Assembly: GCF_006345805.1 (NCBI RefSeq)
Contig: NC_043000.1
Span: 85,870,001-85,934,000, forward strand
From: Octopus sinensis
Lineage: Eukaryota
Direction of reading: 5' to 3'
DNA length: 64,000 bases
The notes under the pieces are model-generated. The model was not told the DNA's origin and did no database searches. It was given only the letters and a program-made list of their open reading frames with translations. This document shows, in pieces, positions 1 through 13,034 of the stretch (position 1 is its first letter; each line of letters opens with the position of its first letter). The translations under genes were made by a program, and so were the position numbers.

Positions 1-272
1 CAAGTCTGGGCAAGGTTTTTTTTATGGAAGACCAGCAGTTGCCCTTGTATACCAGCCTCCCCTCTCCACACCACTGATGTTGTCCAGGAGAAAGGCAAAA
101 GTCAATACAGCTTGGCACCAATGACATTGCAACTCATTTCTACAACTGAGTGAACTGGAGCAATGTGAAATAAAGTGTCTTGCTCAAGAACACAACACAC
201 AGTCTGATCCAGGTATCAAACTAACAATCCCATAATTGTAAGCCCAATGATCTAACCACTGAACCATGTACC
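1..272 (-). mobile_element. tRNA-derived SINE, family A (reverse orientation, partial)
   Basis: Reverse complement gives a tRNA-like head (ggtacatggttcagtggttag...gtttgatacctgg) and the same body (tgtgttcttgagcaagacactttatttcac..gctccag) as 1683-1950. Confidence 0.7.
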
Positions 273-404
273 TAAAGGCTCATATATTTGTAGTGTAGGG
301 TTTGTTGGAGTAAATCAACCTCAATGTAATAGTTATAGAATAATCATTACTGTTCATCCTTGAAAAATGGAGAGTAAAGATTATTATACAAATATTATAA
401 TGGT

Positions 405-600
405 GGTGAGCTAACAGAATTGTTGGAACACTGAAAAAAATACTTTGCAAACATCTTCCTAACTCTTTATAGTTTGGGTTCAAGTCTCACCAAGATCAAC
501 TTTGCCTTTTTTCCTTTAAGGTGGTAAAAATAAACTACCATCAAGTATAAGGGTTGATGGTATCAGTTAACACCTTCCCCATCAAAAATAGCTGGCTTTA
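405..600 (+). mobile_element. tRNA-derived SINE, family B (degraded)
   Basis: ggtgagctaacagaattgtt...gggttcaagtc...ctttgccttt matches the better copies at 1401 and 28277. Confidence 0.6.
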
Positions 601-1028
601 TGCTTAAATTAGAAACCATTTTATGACTGTTATGGATTTAATCCTCTATAGTCACTTTATTACATTGTCAAATACTTGGATAACAGCTTTTTAAGTGCAT
701 TCTAAGAGGTTTGTGTGCTATATCTGATTTAATTATGGTGTATTAGCAGCTATTTGTATTGGTTAGCCTAACAATAACTCTTTTAGAATTTGAAATTGGA
801 ATCTAGAGAAAGGAGTCTATTTCTAGCACATCACATAGTTGCATAGAGATTTGACTTGGCTTAGATCTTCAACTTCTGATTAAGTCACATGAAATACTGG
901 CATAATCTATTGTACACAAATTCATTTTCTTATTGCCTCTCTGTACTTGACTAATACTCTGTTCAGAAGCATAGATATATTGAGTTCTACACCAGGTTAT
1001 TAGTATTGCAAAGCTTAAGCGAAATATT

Positions 1029-1031
<3 letters not shown>

Positions 1032-1076
<45 letters not shown>

Positions 1077-1149
1077 CATGCATATCCACATGCATACATG
1101 TTCATGTTTACATACATATATGTACCCATATGTACATATATCTATACTG

Positions 1150-1183
<34 letters not shown>

Positions 1184-1210
1184 ACATACACGTATAAACA
1201 CACACACAGT
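1032..1210. repeat. Compound (CA)n/(TA)/(CT)n microsatellite
   Basis: Visible dinucleotide arrays; they explain the HT/CV low-complexity ORFs. Confidence 0.95.
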
Positions 1211-1400
1211 CATAAAACATACATATATACACAAAGGGATGAGTGAGCATGGAACTCCATTGATAAGGAATGATGGAGGCCAGATGCAATGCAAGGACCA
1301 AATTGTATTGTTGACTCACCAGCGTGGACTAGGTTTATTGGATAGAGGGGTGAGGTGGGTATGGGGGTTGTTATAATGTTAGAGAGCTGAAAGTACAAAG

Positions 1401-1618
1401 GTGGCAAGCTGGCAGAATTGTTAGCATGCCATGCAAAATGCTTAGTGGCATTTCATCTGTCTTTACATTCTAAGTTCAAATTCTGCCAAGGTGACTTCGC
1501 CTTCCATCCTTTCAGGGTTGATAAAATAAGCACCAGTTGAGCACTGGGGTTGATGTAATCGACTGACTCTCTCACACCAAAATCTTTCCAGCCTTGTGCC
1601 AAAATTTGAAACCAATAT
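1401..1618 (+). mobile_element. tRNA-derived SINE, family B
   Basis: A-box-like TGGCAGAATTG and B-box-like AAGTTCAAATTC, then gccttccatcctttcagggttgataaaataagcaccag; recurs at 405, 8480(-), 28277, 60520(-), 60725(-). Confidence 0.8.
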
Positions 1619-1682
1619 TACTAAAAGTGTAAGTTTACTGGGAAGCGATAAATAAATAAAATATAACTTTTCATCAAGTTGT

Positions 1683-1950
1683 GGAGGTGCATGGCTTAGT
1701 GGTTAGGGTGTCAGTACCATGATTGTAAGATTGTGGTTTCGATTCCTGGACCGGGTGATGCATTGTGTTCTTGAGCAAAACACTTCATTTCACGTTGCTC
1801 CAGTCCACTCAGCTGGCAAAAATGAGTAACGCTGCAATGGACTAGCATCCTGTCCAGCTGGGGAACACATGCGCCATAGAGACTGGGAAACCGGGCCCAT
1901 GAGCCTGGCTAGGCTTTAAAAGGGTGCATTTATTTATTTATTTATTTTCA
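1683..1950 (+). mobile_element. tRNA-derived SINE, family A, near full length
   Basis: Pol III A box TGGCTTAGTGG (1692-1702), B box GGTTTCGATTCC (1735-1746), (TTTA)n tail. Confidence 0.85.
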
Positions 1951-2479
1951 TCCAGTTAGAGTAGAGCAAATTATAAGGATGACTTGAATAAAATAATAAT
2001 AATAGATAGTGTAATAAATAATGGAATAAAGTAAATAAATAAAAATGCTGAGTAAAGATATCTGGTAAGGCAAATACATAAATTTAGTTTAACTAGTGTT
2101 TAATTATAATAGGTGTTAAGTAAATTATAACCCAGGTGAGGTACAGAAACATGAATTAAGGGAGAAGTATATTCCATAAATTAAATAAAATAAGATGGAG
2201 TCAGTTATTGCTTCTCCTTCCAACTCTTTGCATTCATGTGAGCTACCTACTCCCTACTCATGCACTCTTGGCAGTACTCTAGCATTCCATTTATATTCTG
2301 ATCTCTATATCTTGAAGATATATCCTGGCACATTGCCACTGTTTCTCACTTGCTCTCTTTCACCCTCTCTCTTACACTCTCACACTGTCACTCTCTTTCA
2401 CTCTCTCTCTCCCTCCCTCATTCTTGATTACTGTCTCTCTTTCTCTCCCTCTCTTGTTCTCTCCTTCTGACTGGGCAAC

Positions 2480-2865
2480 CATGTATCATCTCTATAGCAA
2501 GACACCTGTTTCTACCCCTCTGTCACACTCTAACCTCTCATCACCTGGTACAAAGCCACCTCCTCTCAAATGATCTTTGTCATGTGAGTTATTTGGTGAC
2601 CCTGGCAGTCCACACTGTAATGTGGTTGGTATTTGGAAGGCCATCCAGCTGTAAAAACCATGCCTAAGTAGATCTCGCTGGTGCTGGTGCTACACAAAAA
2701 AGCACTCAGCCCACTCTCTAAGGTGGTTGATGTTAGGAAGGGCATCCAGCTACAACCAAAGTAGGCAGTGAAGCCTGGTGCAGTCTTCTGTCTAGCCAGC
2801 TCCTGTCAAACTGCCCAACCCATGCCAGTATGGAAAACAAACATTAAATAATGATGACAATGAAT
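2480..2865 (+). mobile_element. RTE-type LINE 3' UTR/tail fragment
   Basis: ggaagggcatccagct...caacccatgccagtatggaaa...ttaaataatgatga matches the 3' ends of the RTE copies at 45340-45492 and 52380-52531. Confidence 0.7.
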
Positions 2866-2877
2866 ATGATGGTTACG

Positions 2878-3190
2878 TATAGTTATGTCTTCTGCTATAG
2901 CCCCGGGCCGACCAATGCCTTGTGAGTGGATTTGGTAGATGGAAACTGAAAGAAGCCTGTCGTATATATGTATATATATGTATGTGTGTGTGTGTGTTTG
3001 TCCCCCTAGCATTGTTTGACAACCGATGCTGGTGTGTTTACGTCCCCGTCACTTAGCGGTTCGGCAAAAGAGACCGATAGAATAAGTACTGGGCTTACAA
3101 AGAATAAGTCCCGGGGTCGATTTGCTCAACTAAAGGTGGTGCTCCAGCATGGCCACAGTCAAATGACTGAAACAAGTAAAAGAGTAAAAG
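2878..3190 (+). mobile_element. tRNA-derived SINE, family C (head truncated, internal microsatellite)
   Basis: gtcttctgctatagccccgggccgaccaatgccttgtgagtggatttgg...(TA/TG)n...gaaacaagtaaaagagtaaaagag; same family as 13035, 38752 and 58758. Confidence 0.85.
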
Positions 3191-3664
3191 AGTATAGATT
3201 CACTAAATTAAGTGAGTTTATGGCTTACCCTAACAACCTATCTATGAAAATAGCTATAACGAGGTAGTTGCTTACTGCATTAGGCTATATGGTAAAATCC
3301 ATTTAGTTAAAAAATAAATAAATAAAGGAATATGATAAGGTAGATATAATAACTTCAGTTAAGTTAGTTTATGCCTTATCCTAATGACATATCTGTGGGA
3401 TAAAGTGTTAGGTAGTTATACATAAGTAGTTATTTACTGCATTAGGATTTGTGTTATAAACCATCAATCAAATAAAATAATGTAATTGGCAGGCTCTGTC
3501 TTCTTTTACCATGCATTTTTTGTTATACTTCAACAATGGATCTGCTAACTGACACTATCTTTTGCTATCCTTAATCCTTTGATCATGGATCATGGATCTA
3601 CAAACCAATCCTTAATCCCTCAATGAACTGGTAACTAATAATATCTTGGATTAAGGATATTCCT

Positions 3665-5240
3665 TATTTCTGTGTTTATCAGAAAATGGCTTGGTCTTCC
3701 CAAACCATTGAATACAATTGCACCATATGGAAAAACTATGTTGCAACTACCAATAACATCAATCGCCAAAGAATATAAAGCAGGAAAGGCAAGGACTGTA
3801 ATGATGCTAAGGTATTCGAAAGATCAGAACATCCGAGAAAACCCACCAAAGGTACAAACAGGGAGGAAATGGAAAGCAGAAGAAGCAGTAAACAATGTAA
3901 TCAGAAAACTAAGAAGCAAGAGCCAGTCTAGGGTCGCACAATTTCAAGCCATTTTGCATGAGCAGTGTAAAAGAGATGAAAGAGGCAGTAGTACATGAAG
4001 TGAGAAAGGAGGAAAAAGAAAGGCAAAATGTACATTTGGTGCAATGTATTCAACAGAGACAGTGCTTGAAATGAGAGGAATATGTAGTCAGTTGCAGAAT
4101 CTCATGGAAGGAAATTTGGGCTTGAGAACAAGCAAGAACAGCCTTCATGATCAAGTATACCTTCAACGTTTTGCCTTCACTGGCCAATTTAGTCTGGTGG
4201 AACACACAAAAGACTGATGAATATAGATGCGGAGAGAAAGTGACAGTGAGACATGTTCAGGCAAACTGCAAGCTAGCACTAGACAGATACACATGGCACC
4301 ACAATCAAGTCCTCAGTGTGATAAGCACAGCACTCAAGGAGAAGATCGAGGGATACAATAGTGGGGAGTACCCAAAAGTGGAAAAGCACTGAAGGATATA
4401 CTTTCAGGAGGGAAAAGGACATAAGAGACCAGGCCTTCAAAAAAATTATACAAGACAAACGAAATATGGAAGGGATATTGGGAGCTTGCTGCGGAGTTAG
4501 GAAGACTTAATATTTTCACTCATAAAAACAACAAAAAGACCGGACTTAATCCTATGGAACACAGAATGTAAAATTGGAATTTTGCTAGAGCTGACAGTGC
4601 CATGGGAAAAGAACATTGCTAATGCAGAACAATGGAAGGAGAAGAGGTATGAGAGATTAATCGAAGAGTGTGGGGAACAGGGGTGGATTGTTGAGTATTA
4701 CCACCTGGTAGTGGAGGCTACAGGCTTCATTGAAAGAAAAATGGTGACATTATTTAAAAGAAAGTTTGCATTTTTGAGCTCAGAGCTGAGAAAAGTAATA
4801 AGGAGGATACAGGAGGCAGTTGACAAAGCCAGCAGAAACGAGAAGACCTGAAATGGCTCAAAAGTCATAACATGCTGACTGGGAAATAGCATTGCTAGGT
4901 GAGGCTGGCTGGCACTGGGCCAAGGGAGTGATCTTGTTCATTGTGTGCCTTCCTCCCCGATGGTTCAAAGGCTTGTATCACCAGACAGCTAGTCAGCTCT
5001 GGTTGTTGGAACTGAAACTAACACACCACTGTTGGAAAATAGGTTTAGAGTGGGTGCGGGTTAAAACTATGTGTCCTGCCCTCCATTGGTCAGTTGAAGT
5101 TTAGATAGTGTCATGTGACAGTTAGTTGGTGCTGGCTGGTAGAGCCTACCAGCGAGTATTTAAAGGGAAATTTGGCAGGATGGTCATTTGCTTGCTGACA
5201 TTCATTGACACTGCATCAAAGAAACCAAAGATAAAAGGAG
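3665..5240 (+). mobile_element. 5'-truncated, degraded non-LTR retrotransposon with restriction-like endonuclease (HERO-like clade)
   Basis: ORF pieces read FIRKWLGLPK..LQLPITS..TGRKWKAEEAV, a degenerate CCHC knuckle (Y-R-C-x7-H-x4-C) followed by RYTWHHNQVL, and RLE motifs KRPDLILW..LLELTVPWE..K..RY. Frameshifts and stops; RT domain absent; A-rich end near 5222-5230. Confidence 0.85.
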
Positions 5241-5411
5241 AAAAAAAAAACACGCAACACCTCTGAAAGGGAAGGGTCCTGCAATATCAAAAACAGTAGA
5301 GGAGTAGGAGCCAAAACCAGATGTGGTTCCTTCAGATGATGTCTTTAGCCACTGGATCCTATAAAGGAGCTGTGAGGTAGTGAATCATAAAATGTGGTTG
5401 GAATTTCTTCC

Positions 5412-5443
<32 letters not shown>

Positions 5444-5462
5444 CATATCTGTGTTTATTTGT

Positions 5463-5990
5463 ATCATCATCATCATCATCATCATCATCGTTTAACGTCT
5501 GTTTTCCATGCTAGCATGGGTTGGACGGTTCGACCGGGGATCTGGGAAGCCAGAAGGCTGCCCCAGGCTCCGGTCTTATCTGACAATGTTTCTACAGCTG
5601 GATGCCCTTCCTAACGCCAACCACTCCGTGAGTGTAGTGGGTGCTTTTTACGTGCCACCTGCACTGGAGCCAGGCGAGGCTGGCATCGGCCACGGGCGGA
5701 TTGGTGCATTTTACGTGCCACCTGCACGGAAGCCAGTCGAGGCGGCACTGGCTTCGGCCATGATTTGGATGGTGCTTTTTACGTGCCACCGACTCGGAAG
5801 CCAGTCGAGGCGGCGCTGGCATCGGCCACGATTCGGATAGTGCTTTTTACGTATCTCCAGTCCAGGAGTCCTGGCATCTGCCAGGTGCCAGTCATAGGAT
5901 TGGTTCAATTTCGATTCCGATTTCGATTTCGATTTCACTTGCCCCAACAGGTCTTCGCAAGCAAAGTGGGGTAGGCATAGGTGACTGTCG
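5463..5990 (-). mobile_element. RTE LINE 3' UTR (reverse) with internal tandem 'tttttacgtgccacc' modules and (ATC)n tail
   Basis: Begins with (atc)n-gtttaacgtc..ccatgctagcatgggttggacgg, the reverse complement of the RTE 3' ends at 45492 and 52531. Confidence 0.85.
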
Positions 5991-6016
5991 TTGGATAAGG
6001 TTCGATATTGACTTAG

Positions 6017-6049
<33 letters not shown>

Positions 6050-6081
6050 GCATGTATGTATTATGTGCGTGTGTGTATGTA

Positions 6082-6143
<62 letters not shown>

Positions 6144-6441
6144 TGTGTGCGCATGTATATGTGAGTGGGTGAGTGAGTGAATTTTTGAGATGAGTTATTG
6201 CAAAAGTAATTTAAAATTTCTGGACCATTAACCCTATCTTTCATGTAAAAGATCAGAATCAGAGAAAAAAAAAATTGAAGTTAGAAATAGCAGAACATAT
6301 ATAGTGTGAAAAGGGATACCACATACTTCTTTGGAATGAAATTTCCATTATAATGAACCAAAGTGAAACACAGGAAAACCAAAGAGGTACACACACACAC
6401 ACACACACACGCACGCACGCACGCACGCACGCACACACGCA

Positions 6442-6486
<45 letters not shown>

Positions 6487-7219
6487 CACTATCAGATAAC
6501 CTAATCACCAATCCCAGCACTGTAACTCAGCTACTGTAACTGAACTGACTTTAAATATTTCATAATTTTGTAAATAATTTTCATAGTTGAAGAGTGTTGG
6601 AAACCAGTGTTGGTACTAAAGGTTCTGAATCCAAACCCAGCCTTAGGATTGGTATCACCACCATCACTACCACCATCATCATTGTTATCATCATCATCAT
6701 CATTGTCATCATCATTACCTCCCACCACTACCACCACCATTGTTATTGTTGTTGTCATCAGCATCACCATCTTTTCTCTCTTCCACTGTTTTTAGCACAA
6801 CCACTACTTTCTCTTCACATTCCCATAATGCAATAGAAAATGGGAAACTGGTGAAGATGAAAAGGAACACATAACTTGGCTTTTTATAATGTTGATTAAA
6901 ACTGACATTTATTACAATTTTTATATGTACTAAATTTCAAATTACCGTTAACTGCTGTTTATCAAACTTTTCCATACCATTTTATATTTGACATATGGTT
7001 AACCAATTCTGCACCCACCCACATTGTCAATTATAATTTCTAATCTGTTGGTAAATACAGTTTAAACATCATCAAGGAATCCTTCTCACTATTTTTTCTA
7101 CCTCTCACTTCTGTTACTAAGTATTCTTGTCAATTAATGACATCTGTCACACATGCCAAGACTCTGTTAGCATCTAAATTTTTCTTTTCCTAACCAGTAT
7201 GCCCTAAAATTTATGTAAA

Positions 7220-7975
7220 ACAGCTAGCCAACCAACCAACCAACCAACCAACCAACCAACCAGCCAGCCAACCAACCAACCAACCAACCAACCAACCAAC
7301 CAACCAACCAACCAACCAACCAACCAACCAACTAATCAATTAAGCAAGCAACTAACCAACCGACTGACTGACCAACTAACCAGTCTATTAACTAATTAAC
7401 CAATCAACCAACCAACCAATTAAGCAAGCAACTTACCAACTGACTGACTGATTGACTGGCCAACTGACTGACCAACTGACCAATCTATCAACCAGCCAAC
7501 CAACCAATTAAGCAAGCAAGCAAGCAACCAACCAACCAACAAACCAATCAACCAATTAACCAACCAACTAATTGACTAACAAGGCAACTGACCAACCAAC
7601 TGTCCAATCTATTAACCAATCAAGAACCAACCAATTAAGCAAGCAAGCAACTCACCAACCAACTGACTAACCAATTGACTAATCTATCAACCAATCAACC
7701 AACTAATCATCCTAGTGACTGACTGGCTGACTGGCTACCAACTGACTGACCAATGACCAATCTATCAACAAAACTACTAACCAACCAACTAACCAACCAA
7801 TCAATTAAGCAAGCAAGCAACCAAGCAACCAATTAAACAAGCAAGCAAGCAAGCAAGCAAGCAACCAACCAACCAACTAACTATCCCACTGACTGACTGG
7901 CTGACTGACAACCAACTGACTGACCAACGAACCAACGAACGAACCAACCAATCAACCAACCGACCAACCAACACA
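7220..7975. repeat. Complex (AACC)n/(AAGC)n/(ACTG)n satellite
   Basis: About 750 bp of tetranucleotide units with recurring caattaagcaagcaa and actgactgaccaa blocks. Confidence 0.9.
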
Positions 7976-8479
7976 GCAACTAAATATTTTAAGCCTTACC
8001 TTGTTTTAATAGTTTTATTTCTTCCAAATCAATCGTTTAGTCAAATAATATACCAGAATTGAGATATTTTGGTTTTTGTTGTAAAGTGGTCTTTTGCCTC
8101 TGTTGTATCTGTCTTTTGATGATGGTTGTTGCTCTGACAAACATTGATATATTCCGAAGTCATCGATAAGATGGTTCTATCTGTTACTGTATGAACCCCA
8201 GTCATACAGTGTTATTATCCTCAAAAGGTTGGATCATTATAGCATCCACTCAGTATCACAGTATTATTACTATATCAGCACAGACACAACTATCAACAGT
8301 CTACACGTACTCTTGACCTTCTCTTGTTGACTGGCTACAGGTCTATTTATAATGGCTGTTTACTACCACTTTTTACTGGGAGGGGTGTACAGTTTTACGA
8401 TACAACAGTTTGGCACCAAAAAACAATTATTTAATATTTTGGGAAAATAATTACCTAATAATCCTTTCTATTATAGACA

Positions 8480-8660
8480 CAAGATCAGCAATTTTGAGGG
8501 AGGGATAAATTGATTACATCAACTCCAGTGTTCAACTGGTACTTATTTTATCAACCCCAAAAGGATGAAATGCAGATTTAACCCCAGAATGTAAAGATAG
8601 ATGAAATGCTGTTAAGCATTTTGCCTGGCATGCTAACGATTCTGCCAGCTCACTGCCTTA
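8480..8660 (-). mobile_element. tRNA-derived SINE, family B (reverse)
   Basis: Reverse complement of the family B head and body (ggcagtgagctggcagaatcgttagcatgccaggcaaaatgcttaac). Confidence 0.75.
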
Positions 8661-8779
8661 AATAATTATTTAATCATGAAATGATTTTTTCTTAGTGAAG
8701 TCTTTTTGTTTTGTACCAACATGACTCTATCTAACAGAGACCACCTGCAGACACCTTAAATTCTAATTATTATCATTAT

Positions 8780-9122
8780 CATTGTACTTCCTCTATAGCA
8801 AGACACCTGTTCCTGCTTCTGTCACATGCTAACTTTCATCATCTGACACAAGATCACCTCTTACGATGCCCCCTCTCCTCTCAAAAATTATTTGTTTTGC
8901 AAGTTACTTGATGACCCTGCTGGTACTGGTGCTATGTAAAAGGTATCCAGTCCACACTGTGAAGTGGTTGGCATTTGGAAGGGCATCCTGCTGTAAAAAC
9001 CATGCCAAAACTGATCTCACCTGTGCTTGTGTCATGTAAAAAGCACTCTGTGGGGTGGTTGGTGTTAGGAAGGGCATCCCATGCCAGCATGCAAGGCAGA
9101 CGTTAAACAATGATGATGATCA
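8780..9122 (+). mobile_element. RTE-type 3' tail fragment
   Basis: ggaagggcatcc...catgccagcatgcaaggcagacgttaaacaatgatgatgat. Confidence 0.65.
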
Positions 9123-9279
9123 TTGCTTTAGTGTTCATTTTCCCATGTTTAAATGGGTCAGATGGAATTCATTGAGACAGAATTACTATCAGTAGATGCC
9201 CTTCTTGTCACCAAACATAACCTGTTTCTAAGGAAGGTAATATTTCCAATAACTGGACATCTTTTATCTTTTAATCTTT

Positions 9280-9575
9280 TTCTTGTTTCAATCATTAGAC
9301 TGTGGCCATGCTGGGGCACTGCCTTGAAGAAATTTTAGTTGAATGAATTGACCCTACTTATTTTCTTTAAACCTGGTACTTATTTTATTGGTCTCTGAAC
9401 CACTAAGTTATGGGGACATAAACACACCAACACTGGGCTTCTTTCAGTTTCCATTTACAAAACACACTCACAAGGCTTTGGGTGCCCCCATGTCTGTAGT
9501 AGAAGACAGTGGGACTGAACCAGAAACCATGTGGTTGGGAAACAAGCTTCTTGCCACATAACCATGCCTGTGCCT
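9280..9575 (-). mobile_element. SINE family C (reverse, internally deleted)
   Basis: ttgtttcaatcattagactgtggccatgctggg...cttctttcagtttcc...gggactgaaccagaaaccatgtggttgg. Confidence 0.7.
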
Positions 9576-10596
9576 AAAAATTATAGCAGTGCATCAGCTG
9601 GGAAGCTGGGACATATTTTTAAGAAAGACTGAAAATGAAGGGCACTGCTTGTACAACAGTGACATTTGTTTACAATGATGATGTGATGTCAAAACATGGA
9701 AATACACACACATATAACAGGCTCATTTCAGTTTTTTTCTGCCAAATCCTCCCACTAGGTTTAGGTCTACTTGGGGCTACAGTAGCTGCCATGCCATAGG
9801 ACTGAATCTGACACTACATGGTTGGTAAACAAACTTCTTGGCCATGCAGCTATGCCTGCTATTGTACAATATTTTACTAAAATATGAGTTGAGAAAGAGA
9901 ATTAGATTTTCAAGTTTGTTAATTAATTTTATTTACTTAACTTAGCTTGATTTCAAATCTTAGGTGGTGGTGTTGGTTGACTTAGCTGTTCATTCCATGG
10001 AGGATTGATAAAATATCAGTTAATAGTCTGTAATTGATTCAGCCAATTATTTTGACATTATGCAGAGTCAAAAGAAATCATTATTATTTACTTAAGTAGC
10101 TAACCAGAGGTTTTTACAGTTTATTGGGGCAAACCTTGAAATTTGAATAAGTGTGGATATTTTAACAGTTTAATTCCATTCTGATCTATGTATACTGTAG
10201 TGTATACATCATACTCTTGGGAGAAAATTAAAATTAAAAAAAGCTGCTGTTTCAACAAAAAGGAAATATAATATTTCATTAAGAAAAAACATTTTGCTGG
10301 AATTGCAAAGCTCTTTTTTATGCAATAAAATATCTTCCAGTGGGGACCAGAGAACCTTGCCTCTTGCAACAGTTTCAAGATTACATATGAACAATATTGT
10401 CTTCTACGTAGGAGCAATATTCAAACAAAATCCTCAAACACATCACAATTTCTAGGTCTACCATATTATGATAATCCCTCATAGTAGCCTCACATAATAC
10501 AATAATGCCAAATCGACATCCCAATGACTAGTATATCTTTTCAGGGCTTGAAGGTTCTTTAATTCTGATCACTTGTTTTCTCTGTACAATAAGTGC

Positions 10597-11050
10597 AGGA
10601 GTGGTCATAAGTGTGGCTGTGTGTTTAAGAAGTTTGCTTCCCAACCACATGGTTTTGGGTTCATCTTCTACTACAGCCTCAGGCTGACCAAAGCCTTGTG
10701 AATGGATTTAGCAGATAGAAACTGGAAGAAACCTATCATATACATGCATGTGAACATGCATACATGCAAGCACTCACACACACACACATGTATGTATGCA
10801 TGTATGTATGAATACTTGTGTGTGTGTGTGTGTGTGTGTGAGTGTGTCTATCTGTCTGTCTGTCATTGTCACTCACTGTCATACAAGCAGTGTCTTTCCA
10901 ATCTTCTGCAAAAACATGTCTGGCAATGGAAACAGGTGAGGTTTGGCAACAGGAAGAGCATCTGGCTGTAGAAAATCTGCCTCAACAAATTCTGTCTGAC
11001 CCATGAAGGCATGGAAAAGTGGATATTAAAATGATGATGATAATGATAAT
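10597..11050 (+). mobile_element. SINE with family C head, microsatellite and RTE-type (GAT)n tail
   Basis: The head gtggctgtgtg..ccaaccacatggtt..ccaaagccttgtgaatggattt is followed by a tail ending catggaaaagtggatattaaaatgatgatgat; same layout at 25455-26065. Confidence 0.65.
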
Positions 11051-11299
11051 GAAAACATGTTATTCTTTAAGGTATATAATATTTACGTTGCTGTAGCATT
11101 GCAGTTCTGACATACTTGTTTTGTCATGTGACTCAAGTCAATGGTCATGTGAATCATGTGATGTTGCAAACTTGGCTATACAGTTTATTATGGTGTCTGG
11201 AGGTGAAGGACCTAATACAAATACAGCATTACTTAGATCAATACTCTGTTATGGAACTTCAATAAAAGTCTTGGACAAATACTTACTAGACATATTATA

Positions 11300-11785
11300 A
11301 AGAAACTGCATCCACATATGCATGCTGTTGTTGCTGCTACACATAAGCATGATTCTGCTGTAAGACATCTGCATAGTGCTGCTGCTGCTGTACATCTGCA
11401 TGGTTTTGCTACACATCAGCATAGTGCTGCTGTTACACACACATTTGTGTGTTGCTGCTGCTAGACACATATCTGTATGGTGCTGCTGTAGCTACATATT
11501 TGCATAATGTGGGTACTACACATCTGCACAGTGCTGCTACACACATTTGCTTGGTACTCCTCCAGCACATTTTCATGATATTGCTGCCATACATATTGTT
11601 GCTTACATGGTGCTGCTACATGGAGTTGCTACATGATGCCACTACATGGCACTGTTGTAACCCATTTACATGGTACTGCTGCACACATCAGTATGATGCT
11701 GCTATTACACACACATCCATATGGTGCTGCTGCACACTTTTGTGTGGTACTTCTGTACACATCTGCATACTGCTGCAACACATAT
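11300..11785. repeat. Degenerate ~21-24 bp minisatellite (atctgcatggtgctgctacac-like)
   Basis: Repeated catctgcat.gtgctgct.cac units; these explain ORFs 11249-11470 and 11449-11802. Confidence 0.7.
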
Positions 11786-13034
11786 TTAAGAGAAAGAGAT
11801 AAATTGGCAAAGTTTGTTTTAGAGCTGGGTGAAATACCTTATAGTAGTTATTTTGACACCCTGTTTTCTGAGTTCAACTCTTGCCCTTGTCAACCTTGTC
11901 TTCATCCTACAAAGGTTGATAAATAAAGTACCTGTCTAGAGAGGTGTACTGATAAAACCCTTAGAGCACCTTCTGGTATTCTGGCTTTTTATATTCTGAG
12001 TTTCACTCCTGCCTTGGTCTATTTGGGTGGTGCACTTAACTAATCACTCAATTTAAAACCTGCATCTGGTCCTTGGGTGTCTTTAACACAGTTCATTCTA
12101 TTGCCAGTTTCTGGTATGAGAGAACTGCCCCCATCTCTCTCACCAATCTTAGAGGTTCTATAAACAGTCATAATTCTTTTCTTTTGACTAAGAGATAAAA
12201 GAAAAACACTGCATAAATAAAAATAAAAAGCCACCGAGCAGATTGGCAAAGATATATTTTGTAACATGTTATAGTCTCTAGCACTGAGACATGCTGTTTT
12301 CTCTCTGTTTCTTTGGCTGTTATCATCATGCTGCAATGTTCTGTTTTTCACGTCTTCTGTACCACTCCCACTCAGTTCCATTGGATGCACCTATCTCTCC
12401 TCCTCACATCACTCCAGACTGAGCTCTAAAAGATTTAGTTTAATCCTTTTTACTCAGAACTGTAGATCCCTGATCTCCTTTCTTAGCCACATTTCCCTTC
12501 ACACAATAGGCATTAACTGTATTGATCTCACCAGTCTACAAGAGACTGAAACTATAATCTCATTGAGCTCATTCATAATGGATGGTAAGAGACTATGCAG
12601 AAACAATTTTAGAGGATAGTTGTAAGCTAACAATGCATGAACAATACAATAGTTTAGTAAGGTGTGGTCATGGTTGAGTGGCTAAGAAGTTCACTTTGCA
12701 ACCATGTGATCTTGAGTTCAATCCCACTTTAAGGTACCTTCTGTAAATGTGAATCATCATGTGTGAATCATAATGTGGCTGTAATCATCATCATCTTTAT
12801 CATCATAGAGGTAGATTTTTTTTATGGTCAGAAGCCCTTCCTGTCACCAACTCTCTATCAAAATTAACAAACAAGTTTATTTCAAACTTATCACAATGTA
12901 TCCATTTATTAGAATGCAACATGCAAACTCTTCTCTCACTTGCAACATCTCTATGTGTTACATATAACTTGCTACATCTTATTTGTTACTTCTTACCAGT
13001 TACATTTAGTGACCCCTACTTACTCTTTTACCCT

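Noticed and set aside
1683-1760. tRNA gene
   Set aside because: A and B boxes are present but there is no complete cloverleaf; it continues into a SINE body and tail.
7995-8190. Possible minus-strand exon (donor AAG|gtaagg; DLEEIKLLKQ; DDFGIYQC resembling an Ig motif)
   Set aside because: The two peptides are in different frames, each is closed by nearby stops, and there is no usable acceptor.
12040-12390. 116-aa minus-strand ORF with an internal polypyrimidine/AG
   Set aside because: GTG start, no recognisable motif, and no splice-site pair giving a convincing in-frame exon.
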